Notes: generated from the sequence alone by a model not told the origin. A stretch of 64,000 nt of DNA from an uncultured Verrucomicrobiae bacterium (GCA_963769025.1 CAVYKI010000009.1:1292015-1356014); one strand, 5' to 3'; counted from the first letter of the stretch, positions 21,384-32,670 are shown. Program-made: numbers and translations.

Positions 21384-21650
21384 ATGAGCCGCGTTTGTGA
21401 CATCAATGGAACCAAAGCCCTGAAGGGCCGCAAAATTCACCGTCGCGGTCTCGCGAAGAAGAAAGGCGGCATCGGCCAGCACGTCACGCGACGTCGCGCC
21501 GCGTACTTTCTGCCGAACCTGAAGACCAAGCGCATCTGGGTGCCCGAGCTGAAGAAGTTCGTCACCGTGAAGCTCACCGCCCGCGCGCTGAAGACCGTGA
21601 CGAAGAACGGCGCCTACGCCACCCTGAAAAAGGCTGGCATCGTCGCCTAG
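21384..21650 (+). CDS. rpmB: 50S ribosomal protein L28
   Basis: MSRVCDING...RRGLAKKKGGIG...FLPNLKTKRIWVPE...ARALKT; probable short compensating indel pair near 21490-21510. Confidence 0.93.
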   Translation: MSRVCDINGTKALKGRKIHRRGLAKKKGGIGQHVTRRRAAYFLPNLKTKRIWVPELKKFVTVKLTARALKTVTKNGAYATLKKAGIVA

Positions 21651-21698
21651 CCGCCCGGTAGCTTCTTCCAAACCCTCCACCCAACCCAAAATCACCCT

Positions 21699-21903
21699 AT
21701 GGCATTCACCGTCGTCAGCAAAAAATCCGGCAAGACCTACCACCTCCACGCCCGCCAGCAGAAGCTGAAGGGTGGCCAGGAAGTGACCCTCTATTACTTC
21801 GGCGGCGAAGCCAAGGAAGGCGCGATCGACGCCCTCCCCGCCGGCATGGAAGTGATCGGAGAACGAGCGCACCGGCCTCCCGATGCTCCGCAAGAACAAG
21901 TAA
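21699..21903 (+). CDS. Small conserved hypothetical protein (~67 aa; one extra base near 21858)
   Basis: MAFTVVSKKSGKTYHLH...TLYYF...ALPAGMEVI; removing one G restores ENERTGLPMLRKNK followed by the TAA at 21901-21903. Confidence 0.7.
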
Positions 21904-21926
21904 GCCCAGCACGGTCATCCGCTTTT

Positions 21927-21973
21927 GAAACCTGGCGGCTGGGAGCTTGTCTCCGAGCCGCCAGTTTCATTTT
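21927..21973 (+). terminator. Stem-loop, putative intrinsic terminator
   Basis: CTGGCGGCT-GGGAG...CTCC-GAGCCGCCAG stem followed by TTTCATTTT. Confidence 0.55.
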
Positions 21974-21988
21974 CAACCCACACATTCC

Positions 21989-22948
21989 ATGAGCCAGAAA
22001 CGCATCCCCGTCACCATCCTCACCGGCTTCCTCGGCGCCGGGAAGACCACGCTGCTCAACTACATCCTCAAGCAGCAGCACGGCTACAAATTCGCCGTCA
22101 TCGTCAATGAAATCGGCAAGATCGGCATCGACGGCGCGCTCGTCGAAAAGACCGAGCGACGACATCCTCGAACTGAACAACGGCTGCCTCTGCTGCACGG
22201 TGCGCAAGGATCTCGTCAAGGGCGTGCAGAAGCTGCTCAAGACGCGGCGGCTTCGACTACCTGCTCATCGAGACCACCGGCATCGCCGATCCGCGGCCCG
22301 GTCGCGCAGACCTTCCTGAACATCCCGCAGCTCCAGCAGTACGTGCGGCTCGATTCGATCATCACCGTCGTGGATGCCGAGCAGATCGAGAAGCAGATGA
22401 AGGAGACCGAGACCGCGCGCGAGCAGATCGCGATGGCCGACTTCCTCCTGCTGAACAAGACCGACCTCGTGGACGAGGCGCAGCTCGCGAAAATCGAGGC
22501 GATCGTGCGCGAACTGAACCCGCACGCCGCGATCTTCCGCACCAACCAGTCGCAGGCGAACCTCAAGGAGCTGCTCGACATGAACGCCTTCGACCTCGAC
22601 CAGAAGCTCGAGCGTCGATCCCGAGTTCCTCGACGAGACTGCAGAACCGGCATCACCACGACATCAACAGCTTCTCGTTCACGTTCGACAAGCCGTTCAT
22701 CATCGAGAAGCTCGAGTTCTTCGTCCAGGAGCTCTCCGAGAAGGAGCAAAGTCTATCGCAGCAAAGGCTTCCTCAGCATCGCCGGCAATCCGCGCCGCGC
22801 CATCTTCCACGGCGTGAACAATCGCTTCACGCTCCTCTGGGATCGCCTCTGGGAAAAGGACGAGAAGCGCAGCAGCCAGCTCGTCTTCATCGGCAAAAAT
22901 CTCGACGAGGCAAAAATCCGCAAGTCGCTCGAAGGCTGCATCGCCTGA
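21989..22948 (+). CDS. COG0523/CobW family P-loop GTPase metallochaperone (frameshifted)
   Basis: [32 protein letters not shown] (alternate frame), [21 protein letters not shown] and SQLVFIGK. Confidence 0.9.
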   Translation: MSQKRIPVTILTGFLGAGKTTLLNYILKQQHGYKFAVIVNEIGKIGIDGALVEKTERRHPRTEQRLPLLHGAQGSRQGRAEAAQDAAASTTCSSRPPASPIRGPVAQTFLNIPQLQQYVRLDSIITVVDAEQIEKQMKETETAREQIAMADFLLLNKTDLVDEAQLAKIEAIVRELNPHAAIFRTNQSQANLKELLDMNAFDLDQKLERRSRVPRRDCRTGITTTSTASRSRSTSRSSSRSSSSSSRSSPRRSKVYRSKGFLSIAGNPRRAIFHGVNNRFTLLWDRLWEKDEKRSSQLVFIGKNLDEAKIRKSLEGCIA

Positions 22949-22987
22949 GCATCGAGCGCGGGCGCGAGGGAATCGCAGCGCCTTCCG

Positions 22988-24473
22988 CTACGCGTACAGA
23001 CTCTCGATCGGCTGACCTTTCCCGTCCTGCGTCGTGTAAAATGGGCGCTCCTCGACGAGGTACGAGAGCTTCGGCGAGATGCCCATCGCCTTGTAGATCG
23101 TCGCGTGCAGATCGGTGATGCTCACGGGATCCTTGACCGTCGTGCACGGACGCTCGTCGGCGGTCTCGCCGTGGACGTGGCCGCGCTTCATGCCCCCGCC
23201 CCACAGCAGCACGAGCCCGCTTCGGTGAAGTGGCGGTGCATGCCGTAGAACTTGAGATCCTCGATCTTGTCCGGCACGCGCGCCTGCTCGCGCTGCTGGC
23301 TCTTCTCCTTCCCCTCGATGAGCATGTCGCGGGAAAACTCGCTCGCGAGCACGATGAGCGTGCGGTCCAGAAGCCCGCGCTCCTCGAGATCGAGGATCAG
23401 CTGCGCGATGGGCGCATCGATCATCTTCTTCATGTTCACGAGCCGCGTGTGGCCGTTCTCATGCGTGTCCCAGTTTAGGAACGGGATGTACTCCGTCGTC
23501 ACCTCGATGTATCGCGCGCCCGCCTCGGCGAGCCTCCGCGCAAGCAGGCAACCGAGACCGAACCGCCCAATCGTGCCCGCCTCGTAATCGCCGTCGCGGT
23601 TCTGCTTCGCGGAATTGATCTTCGTCGCGTCGAAGCCTGCGGGCACGTATTTCGCCACGTTCGACGGCGGCTCGAGCGACAGGTCGAATGCCTTCGCCGA
23701 CGGCGACGCGAGGAGACGGTGCGCATTGTCCATCGCACGCACGAAGCTCTCGCGCTGGAAAGTGCTGCCGTGCTGGCCGACGGGACTCGCCTCGAGCAGC
23801 CGCTTGTAAAACTTGTTCCGATCCTCGAAGCGCCCCGGCGTCATCCCCGCGGGCGGCCGCACCGCGGTCGGCGGCGTCCTGCGGGAAGGGAATGTTGAAC
23901 GGCCCGAATTCGCTCCCGAGAAATCCCGCGGTCGTGAATGCCTTCAGCTCCTCGCCTTCGCCGAGGTCGAACCGCTGGCCGATGTTGATGAACGCCGGCA
24001 TCGCCGGATCGCGCGGCCCGAGCGCCTTCGCCGATGAACGCGCCGAGGTGCGGCGCCGCCACGCTCTGCGGCGGCACGTAGCCCGTGTGCCAGTGGTACT
24101 GGTGCCGCGAGTGCAGGATGAAGCCGAGGTCCGCCGCCTGCGCCGTGCGGATGAGCGTGCCGCGGTCCATCACCGCCGCCATTTTTTCCAGCCCTGCGGA
24201 AAAGCGCACGCCATCCACCGCCGTCGGGATGCTCGGGAAAGTCGAGAGCACCGCCTTCGATTCCACGCCCTTCTCAAATGCCGTGTATCGCTTCGGATCG
24301 AACGTCTCCGTGTGCGCCATGCCGCCGGCCATCCACAGGACGATGATGCAGTCCGCGCGCGGCGCGATCTTTTCCAGCTCCTCAGCGGAAAGTCGCGGCT
24401 CGCGTGCGGCCAGCGCGCCGAGCGTGGCGGCGGATGCGGTCTTCAGGAAATCGCGGCGGTTCAGCGGGGACAT
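22988..24473 (-). CDS. DUF1501 domain protein (Tat substrate; frameshifted)
   Basis: NRRDFLK, LWMAGGMAHTETFDPK, LLARRLAEAGARYIEV, WDTH and ASEFSR. Confidence 0.88.
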
Positions 24474-24475
24474 GG

Positions 24476-27234
24476 TCAGTTGATGAGTTGAAATTCAGGG
24501 AGGTTCACGATGGCCCAGAGGAAATCGGCGACCACCTCGGCCTTCGGCTCAGCGCCGAAAAGCTCCGCGGCGATTTGCCTTTCCTCTGCGGCAGGCGGGC
24601 GGCTGAGCAACGTGCGGTACGCGTGGTCAACCCACGCCGCAGGATCCTTCGCGGCATCGGGCAGAAGTTTCGCCGCCGCCTTTTTCAACCGCGCGTCGAG
24701 CGTCGAGCCGTTGGTGAGTTCCAGCGCCTGGATCGTCGTCGCCGCCGTGAGGCGCTCGGGCGTGACGATCTCGCGGTTCGGGCGGTCGAGCGCCGCCTGC
24801 AACGGATCGGACGCGAGCAGCGGCGCGCGGATTCTCCCCGCATGCGCCGCGGTGCTCACGGCGGGCCGCAGGATCGGGCCAAAATCGATCGCGATGTTTG
24901 CGTAGTCCTTCCGCTTGATCGGCTCCAGCGAGGGCCCTTCATCCACCGGCGGCACGCCGAAGGGCAACTGCACCGCGGCCGGCCAGCCTTTGTCGTCGAG
25001 CTTCGGGTCGGACCACGTGCCATCCGGCGAGCGGAAGACGCGCCACTGGCTGTCCGTGCCGAGTTGCACCGGCGCGTGCTTTCCATCGAGCGTGATGCGC
25101 GTGTGAAAGGCCATGCCCGGCCTGCGATTGAGGTGGTTGATGGACTGCGGGTAGATCGCCCGCTCCGTCGTGTTCATGCCCTTGTCCGTGTGGCTCATGA
25201 CGCTGATGGAGATCACGTTGTCGCCCGGCTTCAGCATCGGCCCGATGTTGTAAATCTTCACGCGGCCATTGCGGAATCCGTCGTTCAGCACCGCCTTCGC
25301 CGTGCCGCCGTTCACGGAAAGATCGAACGCCTGGCTCGCGGCGAGCATCGCGTAGGCCTCGGTCGCGGGCTGCGCGAGTTTGAAGTGCCTTCGGAAAACC
25401 ACGCGATGCTTGTCCGCATCCGGCCGCACCTTCACCTCGCCGGGACCGCCGACCGCCTTTGCCGTTGCAGCGGCGGCCAGTTGCTCCTGCGCGCTCTTCA
25501 TTTTCTCCGCGGCCTTTGCGATTGACGCATTTGCGGCGGCAATCTGCTCCGGCCCGCCCGCGATCGCAGCCAACGCCTGCTTGTTCGCCGCATCGAGATC
25601 GCTGGCAGCCCACGCGATCCATCCTCGGGCCTTGTGCAGCGCCTCGCGCCGCGCGCCGAGATCGAGCGGTTCGTCCGTCCAGATCCAGCGCGGCATCGTC
25701 AGGCCGCCCGGCGAGATCGTCCGCGCCGAAATCAAACTCCAGCGAAGAGGGCAGCCGCGCCCAGTCGCCGGTGAGCGACGTCACCGCGTCGCTGAACTGC
25801 TCCGCCGTCATGCGCCGCGTGAGCGGGCCGCGGAAAACGAACGCAGCCTTTTCATCCTTCGGCCCCTCGACCGCCGGCATCGCGTAAGCCTGCGACGTGA
25901 GGATCACTTCGATCGTGTGTTTCAAATCCCAGCCATGCTCCACGAGATCCTCCGCGAGCCAGTCGAGCAGGTTGCTGTTCCATGCCGGCTTCTCCATGTC
26001 ATCCAGCGGCTCGACGAGCCCGCGCCCGAGGAGTTTCGCCCACAGGCGGTTCACGATCGTGCGCGAGAGCCGCCCATTCTTCGGATCGAGCATCAGGTCC
26101 GAGAGGCGCTTCATCCGCCCGCTGCGGTCGAGTGCGGCGTCGATGCTTCCGACTTCCGGGTAAAGGAATCGCACCTTCGCCATCTTTCCTTGCGGCTTGT
26201 CGCAGCGGACGAGTTCGAGCGCCTCGTCGGCATAGACCGCGGCCATCCCGAAGCCGTCGGAGAGCGCCCAGTCGTTCACGAAGCTGTCGTGGCACGACGC
26301 GCACTTGAGATTCACGCCGAGGAACACCTGCGACACGCTCTGCGCCGCCTGCATCGGACGCCGCATCGCGGCGTTCACGGTGCCGCGCCAGAGGATGCCG
26401 CTCGTGAAGCCTTCGCTCGCGTAATCCGGATTCACCAACTCTGCGACAAAGCGGTCATACGGCTTGTTCTCCCTGAGCGCCGAATGCAGCCAGCCGGTGA
26501 TTTGCTTGCGCCCGCCGTCGATGAAGCCCGTGCCCTTGTAGTCATTTCGCAGCAGGTCGTTCCAAAAAGTGAGCCAGTGATCCGCATAGCCGCGCTTGTC
26601 TCCCAGCAGCGAACGCACGAGCGCCGCGCGCTTGTCCGCGGCCGAGTCCTTTTCAAATGCCGCGAGCTGTTCCGCTGTCGGCAGCAGGCCGATCGTGTCG
26701 AGATACACGCGGCGCGCGAACACCGCATCCGCCACCGGCGGCACGGGCTTCACGCCACTTTCCGCGAGATACGCGGCCAGCAAACGGTCCACCGGATTTC
26801 CATCTCCGGCCGGCAGCTCCACTTTGCGCGGCGCGAGATTCCGCGGCGCGGGCTTTGCGAAACGTAAATCCATCCGGCCACATCGCGCCCTGGTCGATCC
26901 ACTTGCGCAACAACCCGACCTGCTCGGCAGTCCATCGCTTGCCCTTCTGCGGCATCACATTGTCCGGGTCCAGGCCGGCGACCAGCCCGACCGCGAGACT
27001 CTTCGCACTGTTCCCAAGTTCGATCGCCGGCCCCGTGTCGCCGCCCTTCAGAAACGACTCGCGCGTCTCCAGCGAAAACCCGCCGCTGTCCTTGCCCTTC
27101 GCGTGGCACTTCACGCACGCCGCCTCGAAAAGCGGCTGGATGTCCTTCGCAAAATCCACCGGGTGATTCGCAGGAGGCGGCAGTTCCGCGGCGATCGCGA
27201 AAGCTGGAAAAAGGAGGATTGCGAGGGGTTTCAT
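24476..27234 (-). CDS. Planctomycete cytochrome c + DUF1549/DUF1553 (PSD1-type) protein (frameshifted)
   Basis: VDFAKDIQPLFEAACVKCH, RRVYLDTIGLLP, CASCHD, IVNRLWAKLLGRGLV, QALELTN and C-terminal WAIVNLPEFQ. Confidence 0.85.
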
Positions 27235-27438
27235 TCGTTCTGGATAATTTCATCCATCTAAGACCGTTAGCAAGCCGCGCGCTACAACACCGGAGAATTG
27301 CGCCCCTTCGCCGAGGCACGCTCGATCAGTCGATGGAGCAACCAGCATCTGCGATATTTCCCGGCAATCGACGCTCTCGACCAACCCGTACCTCCGAGAT
27401 ACTCGACGGCCCTCGCCTTTCCCGTAAATCTCCGCGCA

Positions 27439-28827
27439 ATGCGCTTCCTCCTCGCTCTCCTGCTCATCGTCCTCGCGTCGTTCACCTCCGCCGCGGACAA
27501 GCCGAACTTCATCATCATTTTCGCCGACGACCTCGGGTATGGCGACCTCGGGTGCTACGGGCATCCGAGCATCCGCACGCCGAACCTGGACCGCATGGCG
27601 GCGGAGGGCGTGCGCTTCACGGATTTCTACTCGGCGGCGGAGGTCTGCACGCCGAGCCGCACGGCGCTGCTCACGGGGCGCTATCCGGTGCGGAGCGGGA
27701 TGGCGCATGGACAGTTCCGCGTGCTCAGGACGCAGTCCATGGGGCATTTGCCGGATGATGAAATCACCATCGCGGAGCTGCTGAAGAAGCAGGGCTACGC
27801 GACGGCCGCGGTGGGAAAATGGCATCTCGGCAACTGGATGAACAACCCGGCGGGGCACCCGATGAAGCACGGCTTCGACTACTACTACGGCCTCCCGCAC
27901 TCGAATGACATGAACCGTGTGCCCGGCGGGCCGAAGGGCGGGGACAACAGCGAAGACCCGGATCCGAAGTCATGGGAGGCGCCGCTCTTCGAGGGCGAGA
28001 AGCTCATCGAGCAGCCGGCTGACCAGACCACCCTCACGCGCCGTTACACGGAGCAGGCGGTGAAGTTCATCCGCGAGAAGAAATCGCAGCCGTTCTTCCT
28101 CTATGTCCCGCACACTTTTCCGCACACGCCGATCTTCGCGTCGGAGAATTTCCACGGAAAAAGTCCGCGCGGGCGCTACGGCGATGTCGTCGAGGAACTC
28201 GACTGGAGCGTGGGCCAGATCCTCGACACGCTGCGCAGCGAGGGGCTGGACAAGAATACGTTCGTCTTCTTCACGAGCGACAACGGCCCGTGGCTCATCC
28301 GCGGCCTCGCTGGCGGCACCGCCGGTCTGCTGCGCGACGGAAAGGGCAGCACTTGGGAAGGGGGAATGCGCGTGCCGGGCATCGCATGGTGGCCGGCCAA
28401 AATCCCCGCTGGGAAAGTGTGCCGCGAGATGGCGACGACGATGGATCTCATGCCGACCATCGCAATGTTTGCCGGCGCGGAGGCACCGAAGGATCGCGAC
28501 ATCGACGGAGTGGACATCGCGCCGCTGCTCACGAGCACCGGCACGGTGAAACGCGAGGTCTTCTGCTACTACCGCGGCACGGAGCTGTTCGCCGCGCGTC
28601 TCGGAAAATGGAAGGCGCACTTCATCACGCAGCCCGCTTACGGATCGCCGAAGCCCGAGCCGCACCACCCGCCGCTGCTCTTCAATCTCGAAGCCGACCC
28701 CGGCGAGTCCTTCAACGTCGCTGCCGATCATGCGGACGTGATCGAGAAAATCAAAGTTGCCGTCGAGAACCATAGGACCACGGTGAAGCCGGTGAAGAAC
28801 CAGCTGCTGGAGACCGTGTCGAAGTAG
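27439..28827 (+). CDS. Sulfatase (Cys-type arylsulfatase family)
   Basis: KPNFIIIFADDLGYGD, CTPSRTALLTGRY, GKWHLG and FTSDNG; signal peptide. Confidence 0.93.
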   Translation: MRFLLALLLIVLASFTSAADKPNFIIIFADDLGYGDLGCYGHPSIRTPNLDRMAAEGVRFTDFYSAAEVCTPSRTALLTGRYPVRSGMAHGQFRVLRTQSMGHLPDDEITIAELLKKQGYATAAVGKWHLGNWMNNPAGHPMKHGFDYYYGLPHSNDMNRVPGGPKGGDNSEDPDPKSWEAPLFEGEKLIEQPADQTTLTRRYTEQAVKFIREKKSQPFFLYVPHTFPHTPIFASENFHGKSPRGRYGDVVEELDWSVGQILDTLRSEGLDKNTFVFFTSDNGPWLIRGLAGGTAGLLRDGKGSTWEGGMRVPGIAWWPAKIPAGKVCREMATTMDLMPTIAMFAGAEAPKDRDIDGVDIAPLLTSTGTVKREVFCYYRGTELFAARLGKWKAHFITQPAYGSPKPEPHHPPLLFNLEADPGESFNVAADHADVIEKIKVAVENHRTTVKPVKNQLLETVSK

Positions 28828-28831
28828 CGCC

Positions 28832-28891
28832 GTAGTCACCGATCTCGGTGATTCCGGCCCAGCGGGGCCCGCTGGGCACTGGCACTGGCAC
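28832..28891. repeat. GTAG-headed double palindrome (REP/terminator-like)
   Basis: TCACCGA-TC-TCGGTGA and GCCCAGCGGG-G-CCCGCTGGGC, followed by GGCACT repeats. Confidence 0.45.
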
Positions 28892-28953
28892 GGGGAAAAT
28901 TTCGCCTGCTTTCCGCATCCGCCTATGCTGGTGATGCCCTGCACACTCCCGCC

Positions 28954-31900
28954 ATGCGACCCCTGATTGCCCTCCTGCTCACGACCGCCCTCGCCTATTC
29001 CGCCGACGAAGTGGACACGCCGAAGGCGCCGAAGAAGAACGACGATCGCACGCCGAAAGGCAACGCAGCGACGCAATCGCCGGAGAATGCGATGAAGTCC
29101 TTTGCCGTCGCGCCGGGGCTGAAAGTCGAGGTGTGGGCCGCCGAGCCGCTGCTCGAAAATGCCGTGGCATTTTCATTCGACGACAAGGGCCGCGCATTCG
29201 TCGCGGTGACGAATCGCCGCCGCACTTCCGTGCCGGACATCCGGAAATTTGAGGCGTGGCAGACCGAGAATCTCTCGCTGCGTACGGTCGAGGAACGCAT
29301 CGCCTTCATGAAGGCGAAGATGCCCGAGTCGCCGGTGAAAAAACCGAAGAAGCCCGAGGAGGATATCAACAAAGACGGGCAGCTCGACTGGCGCGACTGG
29401 GCGGTGGAGTCGGAGGAGATTCGCATCGTCGAGGCCAGCACGGGCGCGGGCGGCGCGGACAAGTCGCGCGTGCTCGCGAGCGGCTTCAACAATCTCGAAA
29501 CCGGCCTCGGCGCGGGCGTGCTCGCGATGCCGGATGCCGGCGCGGTTTTCACCTGCGCTCCCGACCTCTGGCGCATCGCGCCCGATGGCACGAAGACGAA
29601 GCTCGCGACGGGCTTTGGCGTCCATGTCGCGTACGGCGGGCACGACATGCACGGCGTGAAGATGGGGCCGGACGGCCGGATCTATTTCACCATCGCCGAC
29701 TGCGGCGCGCACGTTGTGTCCAAGGAAGGAAAAGTGATCGAGCATGCCCGACGCGGCGCGGTCTTCCGCTGCTGGCCGGATGGCGCCGGGCTCGAACTTT
29801 ACGCCTGGGGCCTGCGCAATCCGCAATCGCTCGCCTTCAACGACGTGGGCGACCTTTTCACCGGCGACAACAACGCGGACGGCGGCGACAAGGCGCGGTG
29901 GACTCACGTCGTCGAGGGCGCGGACTACGGCTGGCGCATCGGCTGGCAGTTCCTGCCAAAGCTCGGCGCATGGAACAGCGAGGGCATGTGGCACCTCGAC
30001 GTGGCGGAGACGAACGCCGCCATCCTGCCGCCCGTCGCGCACATCACGCACGGCCCCGCGGGCATCGCGTTTTATCCCGGCACCGGGCTGCCGGAAAAAT
30101 ATCGCGACCACTTTTTCGTCGCCGATTTCCCGGGCGGCGTGCGGCACTTCGCGCTGAAGCAAAAGGGCGCGAGCTACGAGGTGGACGGCATGGCCGGCGA
30201 CGATCCGATTTTGCAAAACAACTCGCCCGGCGAGATGCGCGGCAAGCTGCTGTGGAACCTGTATCCGAGCGACGTGCAGTTCCCGCCCGGCGGCGGCGTG
30301 TGCGTGCTCGACTGGGTGTATGGCTGGGAAAAAACCGGCAAGGGCCGCATCTACCGCGTGCACGATCCGGTCGTCGATGCGAGCGCGGCAGTGCAGGAGA
30401 CAAAGAGGCTGCTCGCCGAGGGGATGGAGAAGCGCACGCCGGAGGAACTCGCGAAGCTGCTCGGGCATGCGGACCAGCGCGTGCGCGTGACGGCGCAGTT
30501 TGCGCTCGTGGAGAAGGGCGAAGCGACCGCACTCGCGCAGGCAACACTCGCGGCGAACCCAAAGCTGATGCGCCTGCACGGCATCTGGGGTCTCGCGCAA
30601 CTCGCGCACACGAAGCCCGAAGTCGCGAAGACGCTCATGCCGCTCGCGATGGATCCCGATGCCGAGGTGCGCGCGCAGTGGGCGAAATTCGTCGGTGAGA
30701 CGCATTTGAAGGAGGAGACCGATTTGCTCATCCGCCTGCTCGGCGACAAGGAGCCGCGCGTGCGGTTCTTCGCCGCGCAGGCCATCGGTGGAATGAAGGT
30801 CCGGGCTGCCATCCCGGCGCTGTTTTCCGCGCTGAAGGAGAATGCGGACCGCGATCCCACCGTCCGTCATGCGCTGGTCTCGGCCTTGGCCTCCTGCGCG
30901 GACTTCGCGCAAATGGCGCCATTTCAATCGGACCCTTCGGAGTCTGTCCGCCTCGGGGCGCTCCTCGCGCTCCGCGGGACACGATGCATGGATGCGGCCA
31001 GATTCCTCAATGACAAGAGTCCGCGCCTCCGTCTCGAAGCAGCGCGGGCGATTCACGACACACCGATCTCCGGTGCGCTGCCGGCGTTGGCGGCATTGGA
31101 TTTGGACAAAGTGAGCACTGCGCCCACTCAAAGGGAACCGGCGAAGACCACCGACACTTCGAAGCAGAAGGACGCCAAGGCTCCCAAAAAATCGAACGAT
31201 GCGGCGCTTCACAAGTCTGAAGGGCCGATCACGCGCCGCGTCATCAATGCCAACTACCGCCTCGGCACCGCCGAGACTGCAAGGCGTCTCGCGACGATCT
31301 CCGCGAACAGCGCCATCGCAGAATCCGTGCGCCTCGATGCGCTCGAAGCACTCGCGCAGTGGCCGGTGAATCTCGGACGCGACCGCGTGCTCGGCATCGT
31401 CGTCCCGGGTGATGGGCAGCGGAATGCCGCGGAGGCTGCGGCGGCGCTCGCACCGCTCGTCGTCACGCTGCTCGGCGAGAACAACGACGCGATCCGCATT
31501 GCCACGCTGAACGCGGCGGGCGGGAACAAGCTCACGGCGGCGGCTGACACGATCACGATGCTCGCGACGAACTCGAATGCCTCGGGTGCCGTCCGCGCCG
31601 CCACGCTCGATGCGCTTGCGGCGATGGAGTCACCAAAACTCGGACCGCTCGTCACGGCGATGCTCGAATCCACCGACAAGACGCTCGCGGAGGGCGCCAG
31701 AAGGCTCGCGGGGAAAGTTTCCCCGGCGGCGGCGGTGAAGGCCAACGCAGCGGTTCTCGGCAAGGGCGGCATTCGCGAACAACAGCAGGCGCTCGCGACC
31801 ATCGCGGCGGAGACGGTCGCGGCGGCGGATGCCGTCATCGCGCAGCAACTCGATCTTCTGCTCGCGGGAAAAGTGAAGCAGGGACTGGTGCTCGATTTGC

Positions 31901-32433
31901 TCGAGGCGGCGGCACCGCGAAAGGATGCGGCGATTCAAAGGAAGCTCGCTGCATTTGAAGCCACGCGGAAGGCGGAGGATCCCCTCGCCCGGTGGCGCGA
32001 GTGCATCGAGGGCGGCGACTCGAAGGCGGGCAGAATCGTCTTCGCCGAGAAGGCCGAGGCCGCGTGCATGCGCTGCCACATGGTGAAGGGCGAAGGCGGC
32101 GATGTCGGGCCCGACCTCGCGGAGACTGGCAAGCAGTTCGGCCGCGAATACGTCCTGCGCAGCATCGTGGATCCGAATGCCGAAATCACGAAAGGCTACG
32201 ACAACGTGATGGTGACCCTGAAAAGCGGCGACATCACCGCGGGCCTGCTCAGCGCGGAGACGGCCGACGAACTCACGCTGAAGAATCCCGCCGATGCGAA
32301 ATTGCAGCGCGTGAGGAAGGCCGACGTGAAGGAGCGGGTGTCGCTCCCAAGCGCGATGCCGCCGGGAATGGGGGAGGTGCTCACGAAGCGCGAACTGCGC
32401 GACCTGGTGCAGTACCTTTCCGCGCTGAAGTGA
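28954..32433 (+). CDS. PVC-type heme-binding protein: propeller (sugar-dehydrogenase-like) + HEAT repeats + cytochrome c
   Basis: VEVWAAEP, GPDGRIYF, GLRNP, HEAT-like repeats (DAEVRAQ, EPRVRFFAA), CMRCH, VGPDL and SAMPPG. Confidence 0.85.
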   Translation: MRPLIALLLTTALAYSADEVDTPKAPKKNDDRTPKGNAATQSPENAMKSFAVAPGLKVEVWAAEPLLENAVAFSFDDKGRAFVAVTNRRRTSVPDIRKFEAWQTENLSLRTVEERIAFMKAKMPESPVKKPKKPEEDINKDGQLDWRDWAVESEEIRIVEASTGAGGADKSRVLASGFNNLETGLGAGVLAMPDAGAVFTCAPDLWRIAPDGTKTKLATGFGVHVAYGGHDMHGVKMGPDGRIYFTIADCGAHVVSKEGKVIEHARRGAVFRCWPDGAGLELYAWGLRNPQSLAFNDVGDLFTGDNNADGGDKARWTHVVEGADYGWRIGWQFLPKLGAWNSEGMWHLDVAETNAAILPPVAHITHGPAGIAFYPGTGLPEKYRDHFFVADFPGGVRHFALKQKGASYEVDGMAGDDPILQNNSPGEMRGKLLWNLYPSDVQFPPGGGVCVLDWVYGWEKTGKGRIYRVHDPVVDASAAVQETKRLLAEGMEKRTPEELAKLLGHADQRVRVTAQFALVEKGEATALAQATLAANPKLMRLHGIWGLAQLAHTKPEVAKTLMPLAMDPDAEVRAQWAKFVGETHLKEETDLLIRLLGDKEPRVRFFAAQAIGGMKVRAAIPALFSALKENADRDPTVRHALVSALASCADFAQMAPFQSDPSESVRLGALLALRGTRCMDAARFLNDKSPRLRLEAARAIHDTPISGALPALAALDLDKVSTAPTQREPAKTTDTSKQKDAKAPKKSNDAALHKSEGPITRRVINANYRLGTAETARRLATISANSAIAESVRLDALEALAQWPVNLGRDRVLGIVVPGDGQRNAAEAAAALAPLVVTLLGENNDAIRIATLNAAGGNKLTAAADTITMLATNSNASGAVRAATLDALAAMESPKLGPLVTAMLESTDKTLAEGARRLAGKVSPAAAVKANAAVLGKGGIREQQQALATIAAETVAAADAVIAQQLDLLLAGKVKQGLVLDLLEAAAPRKDAAIQRKLAAFEATRKAEDPLARWRECIEGGDSKAGRIVFAEKAEAACMRCHMVKGEGGDVGPDLAETGKQFGREYVLRSIVDPNAEITKGYDNVMVTLKSGDITAGLLSAETADELTLKNPADAKLQRVRKADVKERVSLPSAMPPGMGEVLTKRELRDLVQYLSALK

Positions 32434-32493
32434 CGCGGGCGGCGCGAGGTGGACGATTGACGCCCGCCGCGCCGTTTGCTTCCCTGCGCAGCC

Positions 32494-32670
32494 ATGAAGT
32501 TCCTCTTCCCCGCCATTGCCGTGTTCCTGATCGCCGGTTGCAATTCCAACATGGTCACGCATCGGAGGGATTTTTCGCCGCCGAAGAAAAAGGGCCCGTG
32601 GGAGGATTACCGCAAGGCGATCCGCAAAGGCGAGCAGCCCGAGGCTCCGAAGGAACTGAAGGACAGGTAG
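32494..32670 (+). CDS. Small putative lipoprotein
   Basis: MKFLFPAIAVFLIAGC lipobox. Confidence 0.6.
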   Translation: MKFLFPAIAVFLIAGCNSNMVTHRRDFSPPKKKGPWEDYRKAIRKGEQPEAPKELKDR

